This document shows positions 1-10,586 of a stretch of DNA of 64,000 nt, piece after piece (position 1 is the stretch's first letter; every line of letters begins with the position of its first letter). Under the pieces are notes generated by a model, which was not told the DNA's origin, made no database searches, and saw only the letters and a list, made by a program, of their open reading frames with translations. The DNA lies in NCBI RefSeq assembly GCF_001194135.2, contig NC_068999.1, positions 54,942,246 through 55,006,245 on the forward strand, in the 5' to 3' direction. The DNA is from Octopus bimaculoides (taxonomy: Eukaryota). Position numbers and translations under genes: made by a program.

Positions 1-87
1 GCCCGCTGGGCAGGGGTGACATTGCCCAAGGGGTGACATTGCCCAAGGGTTGACATGATATTTTACTGAGAAAGTTTTTTATTCCAG

Positions 88-214
88 CTGCACCAAGAAG
101 AACAAGGCATTGTGGGAGAATATGGTCATCTTTCTTTATGTCGTATGGTTGTGTGGACAACTGACCCATTAATTCGTCTCAAGGCACTAGCTGCTCTGGT
201 TGATGTTTGTAAAA
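88..214 (+). CDS. TUBGCP3: Gamma-tubulin complex component 3, internal exon (first in window)
   Basis: ttccag|...aaa a|gtaagt; LHQEEQGIVGEYGHLSLCRMVVWTTDPLIRLKALAALVDVCK matches GCP3 [27 protein letters not shown]; ends phase 1. Confidence 0.93.
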
Positions 215-1753
215 GTAAGTAACAAATTTTGTATTTTTAATTGATTTATCTTAGTGGTTTATCCTCAAACATTGTGTATTCCCCTCTCCATGCATTGTGT
301 CATTTATTTTTCAAACTACACCATAATACAACACAGTCAAATTATGTTGTACCTCTGCAAAATATACACATTTCTCCCCTACTTCAGGTTTGATTGATTA
401 TCACTAGTAAAGAGGTAGTCCAGTTATGAAATGATGAGGTGTCAGCAGCAGTAAGTAAGGACATAAACAAGATAGATCTAAACTATTGTTCCAGCATGTA
501 AAACCATCTTGCCCATGCAACACATGGAAAAATGGTTGTGAATCTGATGAGTGAACAAATTTATTTTCTTGGGTTTTAGTAAATACCAGCAAACACTTCA
601 CAGTAAACATTTGAATAAATTGCAGTAAATATTAGTGAATAAGTCACTGAAAACATTAGGATAACCAGTCACTAGAGATCTGTAATGGGTAGCAGGTGAC
701 AGCAGGGACTAATTAGTAGCAAGTCATTTGGCTGTGATGTAAGACTAATTAGCAGTAATTAAAATTTTAAAAAATTATTGACTCTGCATAAGTTAATTGA
801 TACCGTAATAAACATGACTTTGCTGTCACTTCATATTGAAGACATTTCACTTTACTTAAATAGCTAATATCCTAGGGAATGATATGAATGTCACCACTTC
901 ACTACAATTTCTGTTTCAATGTAAGAAAGACTTTTTTTTTCAGTTTCAGACAGGGGCTGATGTCTGAACTAGTTAACCCTATAACTACATTGGAATCAAA
1001 CTGTGCTGACATTGGACTGTGTGTCATCAATAGGTTGAAGGCAATGCAATGTTATGCAGTTATTTTATTTTTAACGTGAAGTGTCATCATTATTTGATGC
1101 TGTTTGGCATTGTCTCCAATGTTGTTTGGTATTGTCTCCAATGTTGTTTGGCATTGTCTCCAATGTTCTTTGACACTTTGTGTTCGGTGTTGTTTGATGC
1201 TGTCATTGAAACTGTTTTTTAATGCCTGGCTTTTTTGGAATGAGATTATTGGACATGGTTGTTTGGACACTGATGATTTGGCATTGACTGACTGGATATT
1301 CAACCTGTTTTGATGACAATAGGTTTTGACACTGATGACAAACACACATGCATGCGTGTGCAGAAATACACACACACAAATAGCGAGAGAAGGAGACAAG
1401 TTATGATTAATTAATTGAACTTGATTGACATAAACACTTTCCCTCTCCTCACACACATAAAAAATATGCTCATGCATTGAAGCCTAATTGGAGCCTGGTA
1501 CAACCTTCTAGCTTGCCAGTCCTCAGTCAAACCGTGCAACCCACACCTGCATGGGTTAAACGATGATGATGATGCATGTAAACAAAGAGAGAAAGAGGCA
1601 AAAATTAAAACGTCTGATGTCAAACAGGTCCTTGTCAAGTCAGTGGTGCCAAAATATCTTTTACTCCCAGCTTTTGATGTTTGATGTCTTTTAAGAGACC
1701 AAAAATAGCAGTCATTATTCAGTTTTTTTTCTTTGTTTCATTATTACTCCCAG

Positions 1754-1848
1754 ATAAAAGAGGTGGTGCCTTGGCTTCCACAATATATTCCTGTATGCAA
1801 CATGGCGATCCCTACATCAAACAAATGCTCCAACATCTCCTCAATATG
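1754..1848 (+). CDS. TUBGCP3: GCP3 exon
   Basis: cag|at..atg|gtaact; NKRGGALASTIYSCMQHGDPYIKQMLQHLLNM matches [20 protein letters not shown]. Confidence 0.95.
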
Positions 1849-2879
1849 GTAACTCCTTTTTTATCTTTACTTATCTTATTTTTGTATGTTGTTGAGTCAC
1901 ATATCAACTTTAAGCAGATTCATGATCAAAGGCATGCAGGACTTCATTATCTGTGTTCTAAGATTAGGTTGAGATTTGGGAGAGATTTGCTTGCTATTTC
2001 TAGCAAGTTAAGCCACCACTTGGAAAATTTTTGGAAATTGATTCCATTATTTGGTTTGATTTTCAAGTTGGAACTATTTATATTGATAATTTCATTGAGG
2101 GGAATCTCGTGCCAAAATGTGTGTGTGTGTGTCCCTGTGTTATTCCTGCCATTGACCTGCACAACCCTGTCATCAAGAAAATTCCAGCAGGCTCATGTTG
2201 CCCACTGCTTCTAGCTTTGTCACATCAATAAAAACATTGCTAATTGCTTGCCTTCTGGTGCCCCCCACCGTGATGGGGGCCGAGCTGTGAATGATGGGTC
2301 TCTCATTTCCTCACTTACCCTCTCCATCCTTTTCACTTCAGCAGACCCTCAACTACCTCGTTATCATCATCACCATCCTTTAACATCCATTTCCATGCTG
2401 GCATGAGTTGGGCGGTTTGACCAGGGCTGGCAAGCTGCAGAGCTGTAGCAGCTTTCAGCCTGATTTGGCTTGGTTTCTATGGCTGGATGCCCTTCTTAAT
2501 ACCAACCTCTTCACAGTGTGTATTTGGTGCTTTTTACATGGTGCTAGCACAAAGGCTTTTACATGGCACTGGCACTGGGCTCTTGCAGGCCAATCCTCTT
2601 TGTGGGTGGCCTTAACACTTGTGTTGTAGAGGATGGGTCTTCTTGAGTATGGATATCTTGGTCCTTTGTCATCTCTGCCAAAAGGTTCAGTGACCTGAGG
2701 TCATCCTTCATGTACTTATTGTTCCTCTTGTTGATTTCTTCCCCTCTCCCTTGCCTTTGTTTGTTCAGTTAAATGTATCACCAATGTTTACTTCATCACA
2801 TTACAGTTATGGTCTTGAAGTTGTGCTCGTCATACTGACTATGTAGGACTTAACTATTTATTACTTTTCTTCTTTCTAG

Positions 2880-2954
2880 GTTGTCCATCCTATTTATGTG
2901 ACGTTGCTGCGCTGGATTTATGATGGAGATTTAGAAAATGACCCCTTAGGAGAA
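2880..2954 (+). CDS. TUBGCP3: GCP3 exon
   Basis: ctag|g..gaa|gtaaga; VVHPIYVTLLRWIYDGDLENDPLGE (RWIYDGELED motif). Confidence 0.95.
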
Positions 2955-3049
2955 GTAAGAATTCATTTTAATTTTGTTGCAATTGGTTTATTGGTTCTAG
3001 GGTGATTCATAAGCCCTCTTTAGCATTTTAAATGGGGTTTATCATATAA

Positions 3050-3267
3050 CCCCTTAGCATTCAGTTTATTCTGTCAAATGTAATGCTTGTTTATTCACTT
3101 TGCTTTGAATTAATCATGCATTATCTCCCAGCTGAGACTTTGTTTCCGTGATAGTGTATATTTAGAATCACATTGTAGGGAACATGTCAGAGGCCGAATC
3201 TGGACAGGTTGAGCATAAAGCAGGCAGATTATTTGGGCCAGATATGGCCGGTTTTAATGTTAAAGGG
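3050..3267 (+). mobile_element. piggyBac-type MITE, family 1
   Basis: About 220 bp with CCCTT(T)AG...TAAAGGG ends and TTAA flank; further copies at ~15820-15995 (truncated), 17786-18004, 33008-33212 and 40620-41195 (-). Confidence 0.8.
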
Positions 3268-4008
3268 TTAAATGTTAATGCGTGACTTCTAAGTCACTTG
3301 TTCCATCTTGTTTCATTCATTAGGCTGTGACCATGCTAGGTCACCACCTTGAATTTCTAGTTAATGAATCAACCCGAGTAATTATCTTTCTTTTAAAGCC
3401 TGGTACTTATTCTATCAGTCACTTTTGCCAAACCACTAAGTTATGGGGATGTAAACACACCAACAGTGGTGGGACACACATGCATGCATATATGACAGGT
3501 TTCTTTCAGTTTCCATCTATCAAATCCACTTGCAAGGCTTTGTTCAGCCTTGGGTTATATTAGAAGACACTTGCCCAAGATGTCACGCAGTGGGACTGAA
3601 CCTGGAACCATGTGGTTGGGAAGCAAACCACTTGCCACACAGCCCTTCCCACTGCCTAGAATATATATTTTTTAACACTTGGTTGATTGAGATGATGACA
3701 ATGTCATCTTTGTGATCTGGTAGAAAGAGGGTGGGTTGTGTTGGTGATGAAACAGAATTGGAAAAATAAAAAAGTAAAATGTCATGTATTATTATCATCT
3801 AGTTGTGTCCTTCTACATTCTGAGTTCAGGTCTTACTAGGGGAAATTTTTTTTTATCCCCTGAAGGTCTGTAATATACTAGGGTTGATCTGATGAACTAT
3901 ACCTGGCACTGAAATTTCTGACCTAGTGCCTGTGCTATGGATACATTTTTTATATCTGCTTTCCATGATGGTATGGTATGGACAATTAGACTGGATCCAA
4001 CAGGTTGG

Positions 4009-4636
4009 CAGGTGGAATTCTGTTTAAGCAACCTATATAACCCCTCATAACTTTTATTTTTCAGAATTTTCAGAAAATGTTTTCAAATTTTTGTTCTGCA
4101 CATGGGGATTTATACCATTATGAAAAAACAAGTTTTTTAACCCCTTCCCCCTCCAGCAATGGACCGACCTTGGGTGCATCACCATTTCACATAAAAGCAC
4201 CTACTACACTCTCTGAGTGGTTGGCGTTAGGAAGGGCATCCAGCTGTAGAAACTCTGCCAAATTTAGATTGGAGCCTGGTGTTGCCATCCGGTTTCACCA
4301 GTCCTCGGTCAAGTCGTCCAACCCATGCTAGCATGGAAAGCGGACGTTAAACGATGATGATGATGTTTATGGGGAGAAAAATATTGGAAAACATCAATAC
4401 ATGTCAGTGACAAAGAAACAAGGAAGGTATCAAGTGGTCGGGAGATGTGCTAAAAATAACAGCTAAATTGCCCTTAAATCATACACACAAAAGTCTTTTT
4501 GTTTTTTGGGGGTTTTTTTTTGCATAATTGTATCAATACTTGTGTGTAGGACACAAATTTGTAAACTTTTTATGAAAATTCTAAAAAGTAAAAAATTTGT
4601 GGGGTTATATTGGGGTGCTTAAACCAGAATTCTACT
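4009..4636. mobile_element. Long-TIR MITE with nested SINE
   Basis: Same ends as the 34139 copy; GAT-tailed SINE inserted at ~4160-4365. Confidence 0.68.
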
Positions 4637-4769
4637 GGTTGGAGACCATGTCTTGCTCCAGTATCTTAGTTTTTGACATAGTTTCTGCAGATGTCTGTCC
4701 TTCCTATCACCAGCCATTTTACAGAGTGCATTGGGTGCTATTTTTGTGCATCCAGCAGAGGTGAACTTG

Positions 4770-5110
4770 GTGAACTTTCCTTGTAACTCTCAAGAATGAA
4801 GAACCCCCTTTGCCTGAGAAAGAAAATACTAGAAGGTGTATGCAATGTGTTGAGAGGTTAATGTATGATGGGAGGAGTGGGGACAGGTTTGTTGTAGAGG
4901 TGATTCATGGTCACATGGTTATTTGCATTTTACATGGGTGAGTGAGGGTGGCTGAAGTGGTGCCACTAAGAGAGGTAAAAGTGGAGGTGACGAAATGCCA
5001 GAAAATACTCTCAAGGTGACTTGCCCAAGAAGGTTGATAGAAGGGGACATGGGGCCAGGAGAATCAGCAGAGATTTTTTAAAGTTTGCAAGAGTGTGACG
5101 AGAGAGTGAG
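4770..5110 (-). mobile_element. Possible Penelope-like element remnant (RT to GIY-YIG linker)
   Basis: Frameshifted FLAFRH / LLV..PCD...TCPH resembles the PLE xAFRRPPNLRDLLV...PC.R.RCKTCP linker. Confidence 0.33.
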
Positions 5111-5328
5111 AGATGGATATAAGTATAGAGTGGAGGTGGTTATGTATATCGAAGGTGAGTGGTGAATTGAAATGATGTGAATGACGGATATATCTCAATT
5201 GGAAGTAGCTCTAAAGGGAGAGAGGACTTGTAGTACCATGCCTTTACTTGTTTATATATTTGTTAAATAAGCAAATAAACTTTGGTTATGTAGACCCTTA
5301 TTTATGTTTGTGATTTGATATTTTACAG

Positions 5329-5436
5329 TTTTTTGTGGCCTGCAACCCTAAAATTGGTGTTGACGTGTGGCGGAGTAAATACATGCTACGTACTGCTATG
5401 ATTCCATCTTTTATCAGTACTGAACAGGCAGAAAAG
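5329..5436 (+). CDS. TUBGCP3: GCP3 exon
   Basis: acag|..aag|gtcagt; FFVACNPKIGVDVWRSKYMLRTAMIPSFISTEQAEK. Confidence 0.95.
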
Positions 5437-5831
5437 GTCAGTGGCTTATTCATTTTCTTTTTCTACCTCTGTTTGCTCCCCCTCCCTGCTCTCTCTCTTC
5501 TACAGCTCTTTATGTTTATCTTCTGTGTCTATATTATAGCTATGTATATTTGGATATGTGACCTAGTGGTTAGCGTGTTTCATTCATTCATAAGATCTTG
5601 GTTTTGATTCCTGGACATAGCAGTGTGTTGTGTTCTTGAGCAAAGTCCTTCATTCCATTTTGCGCCAATCCACTCATCTGTAAATGAGTTCATACAGTGA
5701 CTGGGAAGTTATCCCTTTGACAGACTGGCATCTCATTTAGGGGTCAAGTATTGCAATCTCAGTCACTTATACACCATGGAATGTCTTTCAATTGCTGATT
5801 TCCCATTTATGGTCACAGATCCTTTATAAGA

Positions 5832-6190
5832 TTGGAATCCAAGCTAGATGGAAAACTTACACCCCAATGTTAAGAGCAGTCTTAAACATATGTTGGAGAA
5901 CTCATCCCACCAAAAAACAGCTGAATGGAGATTGCTTGCCTGATTCCACCATTATATGGGAAAGGCACTTGTGCTTTGCAGGACATTGCTGGCGAGCTAA
6001 ACAATAGCTGGCAAGTGACCGTCTATGGACGCCAGAGCATGGCTGTACTCAAGCAGGTCATCTGAACACAACATATGCAGATCAACTCACCAGAGATACT
6101 GGATGCCTCCCAAAGATCTCTCAACTAATGCAGAACTGAGATGAATGGCGTATGTGGGTTAAAATTGTCTGAGCAAGCTCCACCAGTCAA
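5832..6190 (+). mobile_element. RTE-clade LINE 3' fragment (pseudogenised ORF C-terminus)
   Basis: LESKLDG/TYTPMLRAVLNICWRTHPTKKQL..TIIWERHLCFAGHCWRAKQ*LASD.LWTPEHG..YADQLTRDTG..DEWR; typical post-RT region of RTE elements, with stops and frameshifts. Confidence 0.78.
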
Positions 6191-6492
6191 TTTAAACCAT
6201 AGAAACTGAGTTAAGATCTAGCTTTATGAGTCTTAGGGTTCATGAAAGACCTAACCTGTGGATGCATCAAATGTATGTAGTACCAGTACACACACATACT
6301 CTCTCTCTCTCTCACTTCATCATTCTATGTTTTCTATGTTCTTCTGTAAAAATCGTAATAATTTTATCTAGATTAGAAGAATGCCGTTAAGTTTTTACAG
6401 TCCACTCTATGTCTGTCATTTAGAATTTCTTTCCTATTCATTGAAATATTTCTCCATTACCCGACTCAGTAACCTGTCATTATTTTGTTTAG

Positions 6493-6595
6493 ATCTTAAA
6501 TGCTGGCAAATCCATCAAATTTCTCCACTGCGTCTGTAATGAACAAACCCCAGCTAAAGGTCAACAAGCTGTACAAGAGATCAATGTTAAACAAG
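6493..6595 (+). CDS. TUBGCP3: GCP3 exon
   Basis: ttag|..caa g|gtatga; ILNAGKSIKFLHCVCNEQTPAKGQQAVQEINVKQ (GKSINFL motif variant). Confidence 0.93.
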
Positions 6596-6733
6596 GTATG
6601 AAAGATTCTTATTGAATTTTCTTATTCAGTGGTATCCGTTTTTTTTTCCTAAACCTATTTCTTCTACCATTTCTACTAATTTCATAACATCTATAATGTG
6701 AATAGTATTGATATTTCTACTTTGAATGTTTAG

Positions 6734-6861
6734 CTGAATCCATGTTTACCCAGAACACAAACTCCAGCTTTCAGCAGATGATTGATTCGGTTTATGTAGA
6801 AACCAGTCGAAGACTTCTTGATTGCATGCACAAAAATTACAAGTTTATGGATCACCTAAAG
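6734..6861 (+). CDS. TUBGCP3: GCP3 exon
   Basis: ttag|ct..aag|gtaagc; AESMFTQNTNSSFQQMIDSVYVETSRRLLDCMHKNYKFMDHLK. Confidence 0.95.
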
Positions 6862-6999
6862 GTAAGCAAAATATTTATGGGTCCTCATGAAAACATTTTC
6901 AGCCGTATAATTTATTTTCCTCCAAGGATTTCTTATTAGTCTAATGCAACATTAGATCTATCTTGAATGATGAGATCTAAATGATTTAAGATTGAAATG

Positions 7000-7338
7000 G
7001 TGTGTTGCCTTCCTGGCACTTGTGCCAATGGCACGTGAAAAGACATTCGAGCGAGATTGTTGCCAGTTCCACTGGATTGGCTCCTGTGTAGGTGGCACGT
7101 AAAATACACCATTTCGAGCGTGGCCGTTGCCAGTACCGCCTGACTGGCCTTCGTGCCGGTGGCACATAAAAGCACCCATTACACTCTGAGTGGTTGGCGT
7201 TAGGAAGGGCATCCAGCTGTAGAAACTCTGCCAGATCAGATTGGAGCCTGGTGTAGCCACCTGGTTCACCAGTCCTCAGTCAGATCGTCCAACCCATGCT
7301 AGCATGGAAAGCGGATGTTAAACGATGATGATGATGAT
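7000..7338 (+). repeat. GAT-tailed SINE / RTE-tail non-autonomous element, young copy
   Basis: Core aaaagcacccactacactctcagagtggttggcgttaggaagggcatccagctgtagaaac, tail aaac(gat)n; young copies at 4160-4365, 38242-38455 (-) and 40810-41135; more than 12 decayed copies (e.g. 2365-2600, 10710-10880, 35300-35460, 45745-45910, 46240-46520). Confidence 0.85.
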
Positions 7339-7861
7339 ACTATTGATTGATACAGTCATTGATTGTTGAGAGTTGAATATATTGTACATTGATATCACAC
7401 ATTAATATTTTTTCCTTCAATGTAGCACTTTGGTTGAAAGTGAAGAACATTTGACATTTGAATGTCTGTATGTGAGTTCAATTATGATAGATGTGCAGCA
7501 CCAGTTTTTATAAGGTTGTTAACTGGCAGAATTGTTACCATGCTGGGCAAAATGCTTAGCAGCATTTTGTCTGTCTTCACACTCAGAGTTCAAATTCTTC
7601 CAAGGTCGACTTTGCTTTAAATCCATTTGGGGTTGATAAAATAAGTACCAGTTTAACACTGGGGTTGAAGTAATTGACTTACCTTCTCCCCCTAAATTAC
7701 TGGCCTTGTAACAAAATTTGAAACCAATTTATATTTTTCCTTTCTTTATATTTCGATAAATGTAGAATTTTATAACACTCTACATATATGTAGAATTTTA
7801 TGTCAGTATGAAAAAATTAGACTCTGCTAGTGGAGATAAAGTTAGTTTTGTATCTTTTTAG

Positions 7862-7926
7862 GCACTTCGGCGATATCTACTTTTTGGTCAAGGAGACTTT
7901 ATCACACACCTAATGTGTTTGCTGGA
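7862..7926 (+). CDS. TUBGCP3: GCP3 exon
   Basis: ttag|..ga|gtaagt; ALRRYLLFGQGDFITHLMCLL (GRIP2 RYLLLGQGDF motif). Confidence 0.96.
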
Positions 7927-8651
7927 GTAAGTTCATCATGTATTTGCATATCACCTCTCACCTCCTCTCTTCCCCGCCATCTCTTTCTCTTCTTTCTTTT
8001 CCTCTCTTGCTGGGTAACCACGTACCTCCTCTACAGTAAGACACCCGTTTCTCTCTCTCTCTGTCACACTCTAACCTTTCATCATCTGACACAAGATCCC
8101 CTCTTCCAGTGCCCCCGCTCCTCTCAAAATACCTTGCTTATATATATATCGAGTGCAGATTGCATTGAATAACCAGCTGGAGGAGGAGGCATCCTCCTGG
8201 GGTTAAAATGGTAGTAACATTGGTTTGTATGGGACGGCTGTGTTGAAGTGGCGATAAACACTACTTCTCTCTCTTTCTCTCTCAATTTTGTTTTGACAAA
8301 ATAAATTTAATCTTTTTTTTCTGAGATTTATATAAAAATAATATCCAGGATTTTTTGACAATCATATAAACAACAATGTTCATTTGTTATTTCTGTCATT
8401 GATAAAGTATCAGTTGAGTACAAGAGTTGATTTTTTTTTTCTCTTTCTCCCTCTGATTTGATTGTTACAATCATGAGAAGCTCCATATGAGACTGTTCAT
8501 AACATCCATTTATCTAGAAATGAAGTGTAGTTAAGTGATGGATAGGGAGGAACCTTGCTTTATTTAATGGGGCCTTTCATTTCATGCTCATATTCTTTTA
8601 TATATAAAAAAAAGCAGACCTAATGTGAAATATTTATCTGGATTTCTTTAG

Positions 8652-8787
8652 GACAGAATTAGCAAAACCTGCTAACACCCTTTACCCTCACAACTTGACT
8701 GGGATTCTGGAAGCTGCAATCCGAGCAACAAATGCTCAGTTTGATGACAGTGATATTTTAGATCGTTTGGATGTGAAAATGATGGAG
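8652..8787 (+). CDS. TUBGCP3: GCP3 exon
   Basis: ttag|g..gag|gtttgt; [45 protein letters not shown]. Confidence 0.96.
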
Positions 8788-8884
8788 GTTTGTGTATATT
8801 TTATTGTTTGTTGTTCTTAAGTACATATATTATGGATTGATATTTGGATTGTTGGAGTTCTCTCTTATTTTCTTTTCATTGTCT

Positions 8885-9030
8885 TTAACCCTTTTCTTAC
8901 CATAATTTTGTTGAAATATTTTTTGAAATAAGAATTTAGTGAAATGACTGTGTTCATAATTAAGATGGTGTTTGGAACATAAAGTGACATGAAATTTCGA
9001 TGGAAGATTTTAATTTTGATCATATTAAAA
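8885..9030 (+). mobile_element. piggyBac-type MITE, family 2 (partial)
   Basis: ttaacccttttcttaccata... start; related pieces at ~31140-31290, 31880-32080, 35520-35670 and 45260-45352. Confidence 0.55.
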
Positions 9031-9756
9031 GGGGAAGTTTGAGTTATAGTGGTTCAGCAAAAGAGACTGATAGGATAAGTATCAGACTTTAAAAAAATAA
9101 GTACTGGGGTTGATTTGTTCAACTAAACCTTCCATGGTGGTGCCCAGTATGGCCACAGTTTCAGTGACTGAATCAAGTAAAAGTTAAATGATATATATAC
9201 ACACATTATATATATGTGTGTGTGTGTGGAAGGCAGCTACCCATTCCAGTGTTGCATAAAAGCACCCAGTACACTCTGTAAAGTATTTGGTGTTAGGAAG
9301 GGCATCTAGCCATGCCAAAACAGACATGGAGCCTGGTCAGCTCCTGTCAAACCGTCCAGCCCATGCCAGCATGGAGAAGGGACATTAAATGATCATGATG
9401 TGTGTGTGTGTGTGAGTATGTCCCCTTGTCTTAACATTACATGATTGTTGTAAATGTCATCCATTATTTCCGATATTTTGTGGAAACATGTCTGATCACG
9501 AGGAATTGTTACCTTGCTTGAAGAGAAGTAAAGGTTGACAACAGGGTAAACAACTGGTTGCAGACAATCTGCCTTGGTCAACTCCATTGAGCACATATGA
9601 ACTTGGAAAAGATATTAAAAACAATAATGATGATGCTTGTAAGAGTTGTTTCGTTGAGCCGTGTTGTTTCTCTATATTGTTATGCCATCTCTCTCTCTCT
9701 CTCTCTCTCTACTTGTTGTTGTTTATCCTCATAATAATTTATCTTCTTTATTGCAG

Positions 9757-9825
9757 GTTTCCTCCCAAGACACAGGTTGGGATGTCTTCAGTTTATACTA
9801 TCATGTTGATGGACCAATTAAAACT
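9757..9825 (+). CDS. TUBGCP3: GCP3 exon
   Basis: tgcag|..act|gtaagt; [23 protein letters not shown]. Confidence 0.96.
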
Positions 9826-10371
9826 GTAAGTTATTTCTTCTGACTCTGTTCTTAATGATTGAGTTATCTTTAATCTTTTGAGCTTATTATATTTAGAAAA
9901 CATTTTCTGGTTATATCATCATCATCATCATCGTTTAACGTCCGCTTTCCATGCTAGCATGGGTTGGACATATGTATATACATATATCTGTACATACACT
10001 GCACTGTTCATTATTTGTATATACCATTATTTCTTATACTATGCTCTCCATAGATGCTATATTTATATACACTTGGTTGTCTACATACACTTGATTGTCT
10101 GTAGATACTATATTCCTAAACACTCTGCTGGATTGTCAGAAGTCATATTTCTATCACATGGCTATATAATTAAGAAGTTTGCTTTGAGCCACAAGGTTTT
10201 TGAATTCAATCCCAATTTATGGCACCTTGGCCAGTGTCTTTTTGTAGAGCTTCAGGTTGACCAAAGTCTTCTTAATGAAATTTGGTAGATGGAAACTGTA
10301 TGGAAGCCCATCATGTGTATGTATGTATGTATATATACCTGTGTGTGTGTGTGTACGTGTACACACATATA

Positions 10372-10467
10372 TGACAACATTTTATAAACAAACTTTGGAA
10401 GTGTAGCTTATCTGTAAAATACCAAACACATTTGATGCTTCCAAAGTTTGTTTATAAAATGTTGTCA
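10372..10467. repeat. Perfect 30-bp inverted repeat, 36-nt spacer
   Basis: tgacaacattttataaacaaactttggaag / cttccaaagtttgtttataaaatgttgtca. Confidence 0.93.
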
Positions 10468-10514
10468 CATTCGAAAAACTATTAGTGTTAAAATTGATGG
10501 TAATTGTTGTCAGG

Positions 10515-10586
10515 AGCTGTTTAACTTAATGGTAGAGCACTCAGCTGGTATCTGAAGGATACAGGTTTGATTCCTGTAGCCAACTG
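10515..10586 (+). pseudogene. tRNA-like pseudogene or orphan SINE head
   Basis: A box taacttaatggtagagc, anticodon arm tcag-ctggtat-ctga, T arm acagg-tttgatt-cctgt; acceptor stem does not pair. Confidence 0.45.
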
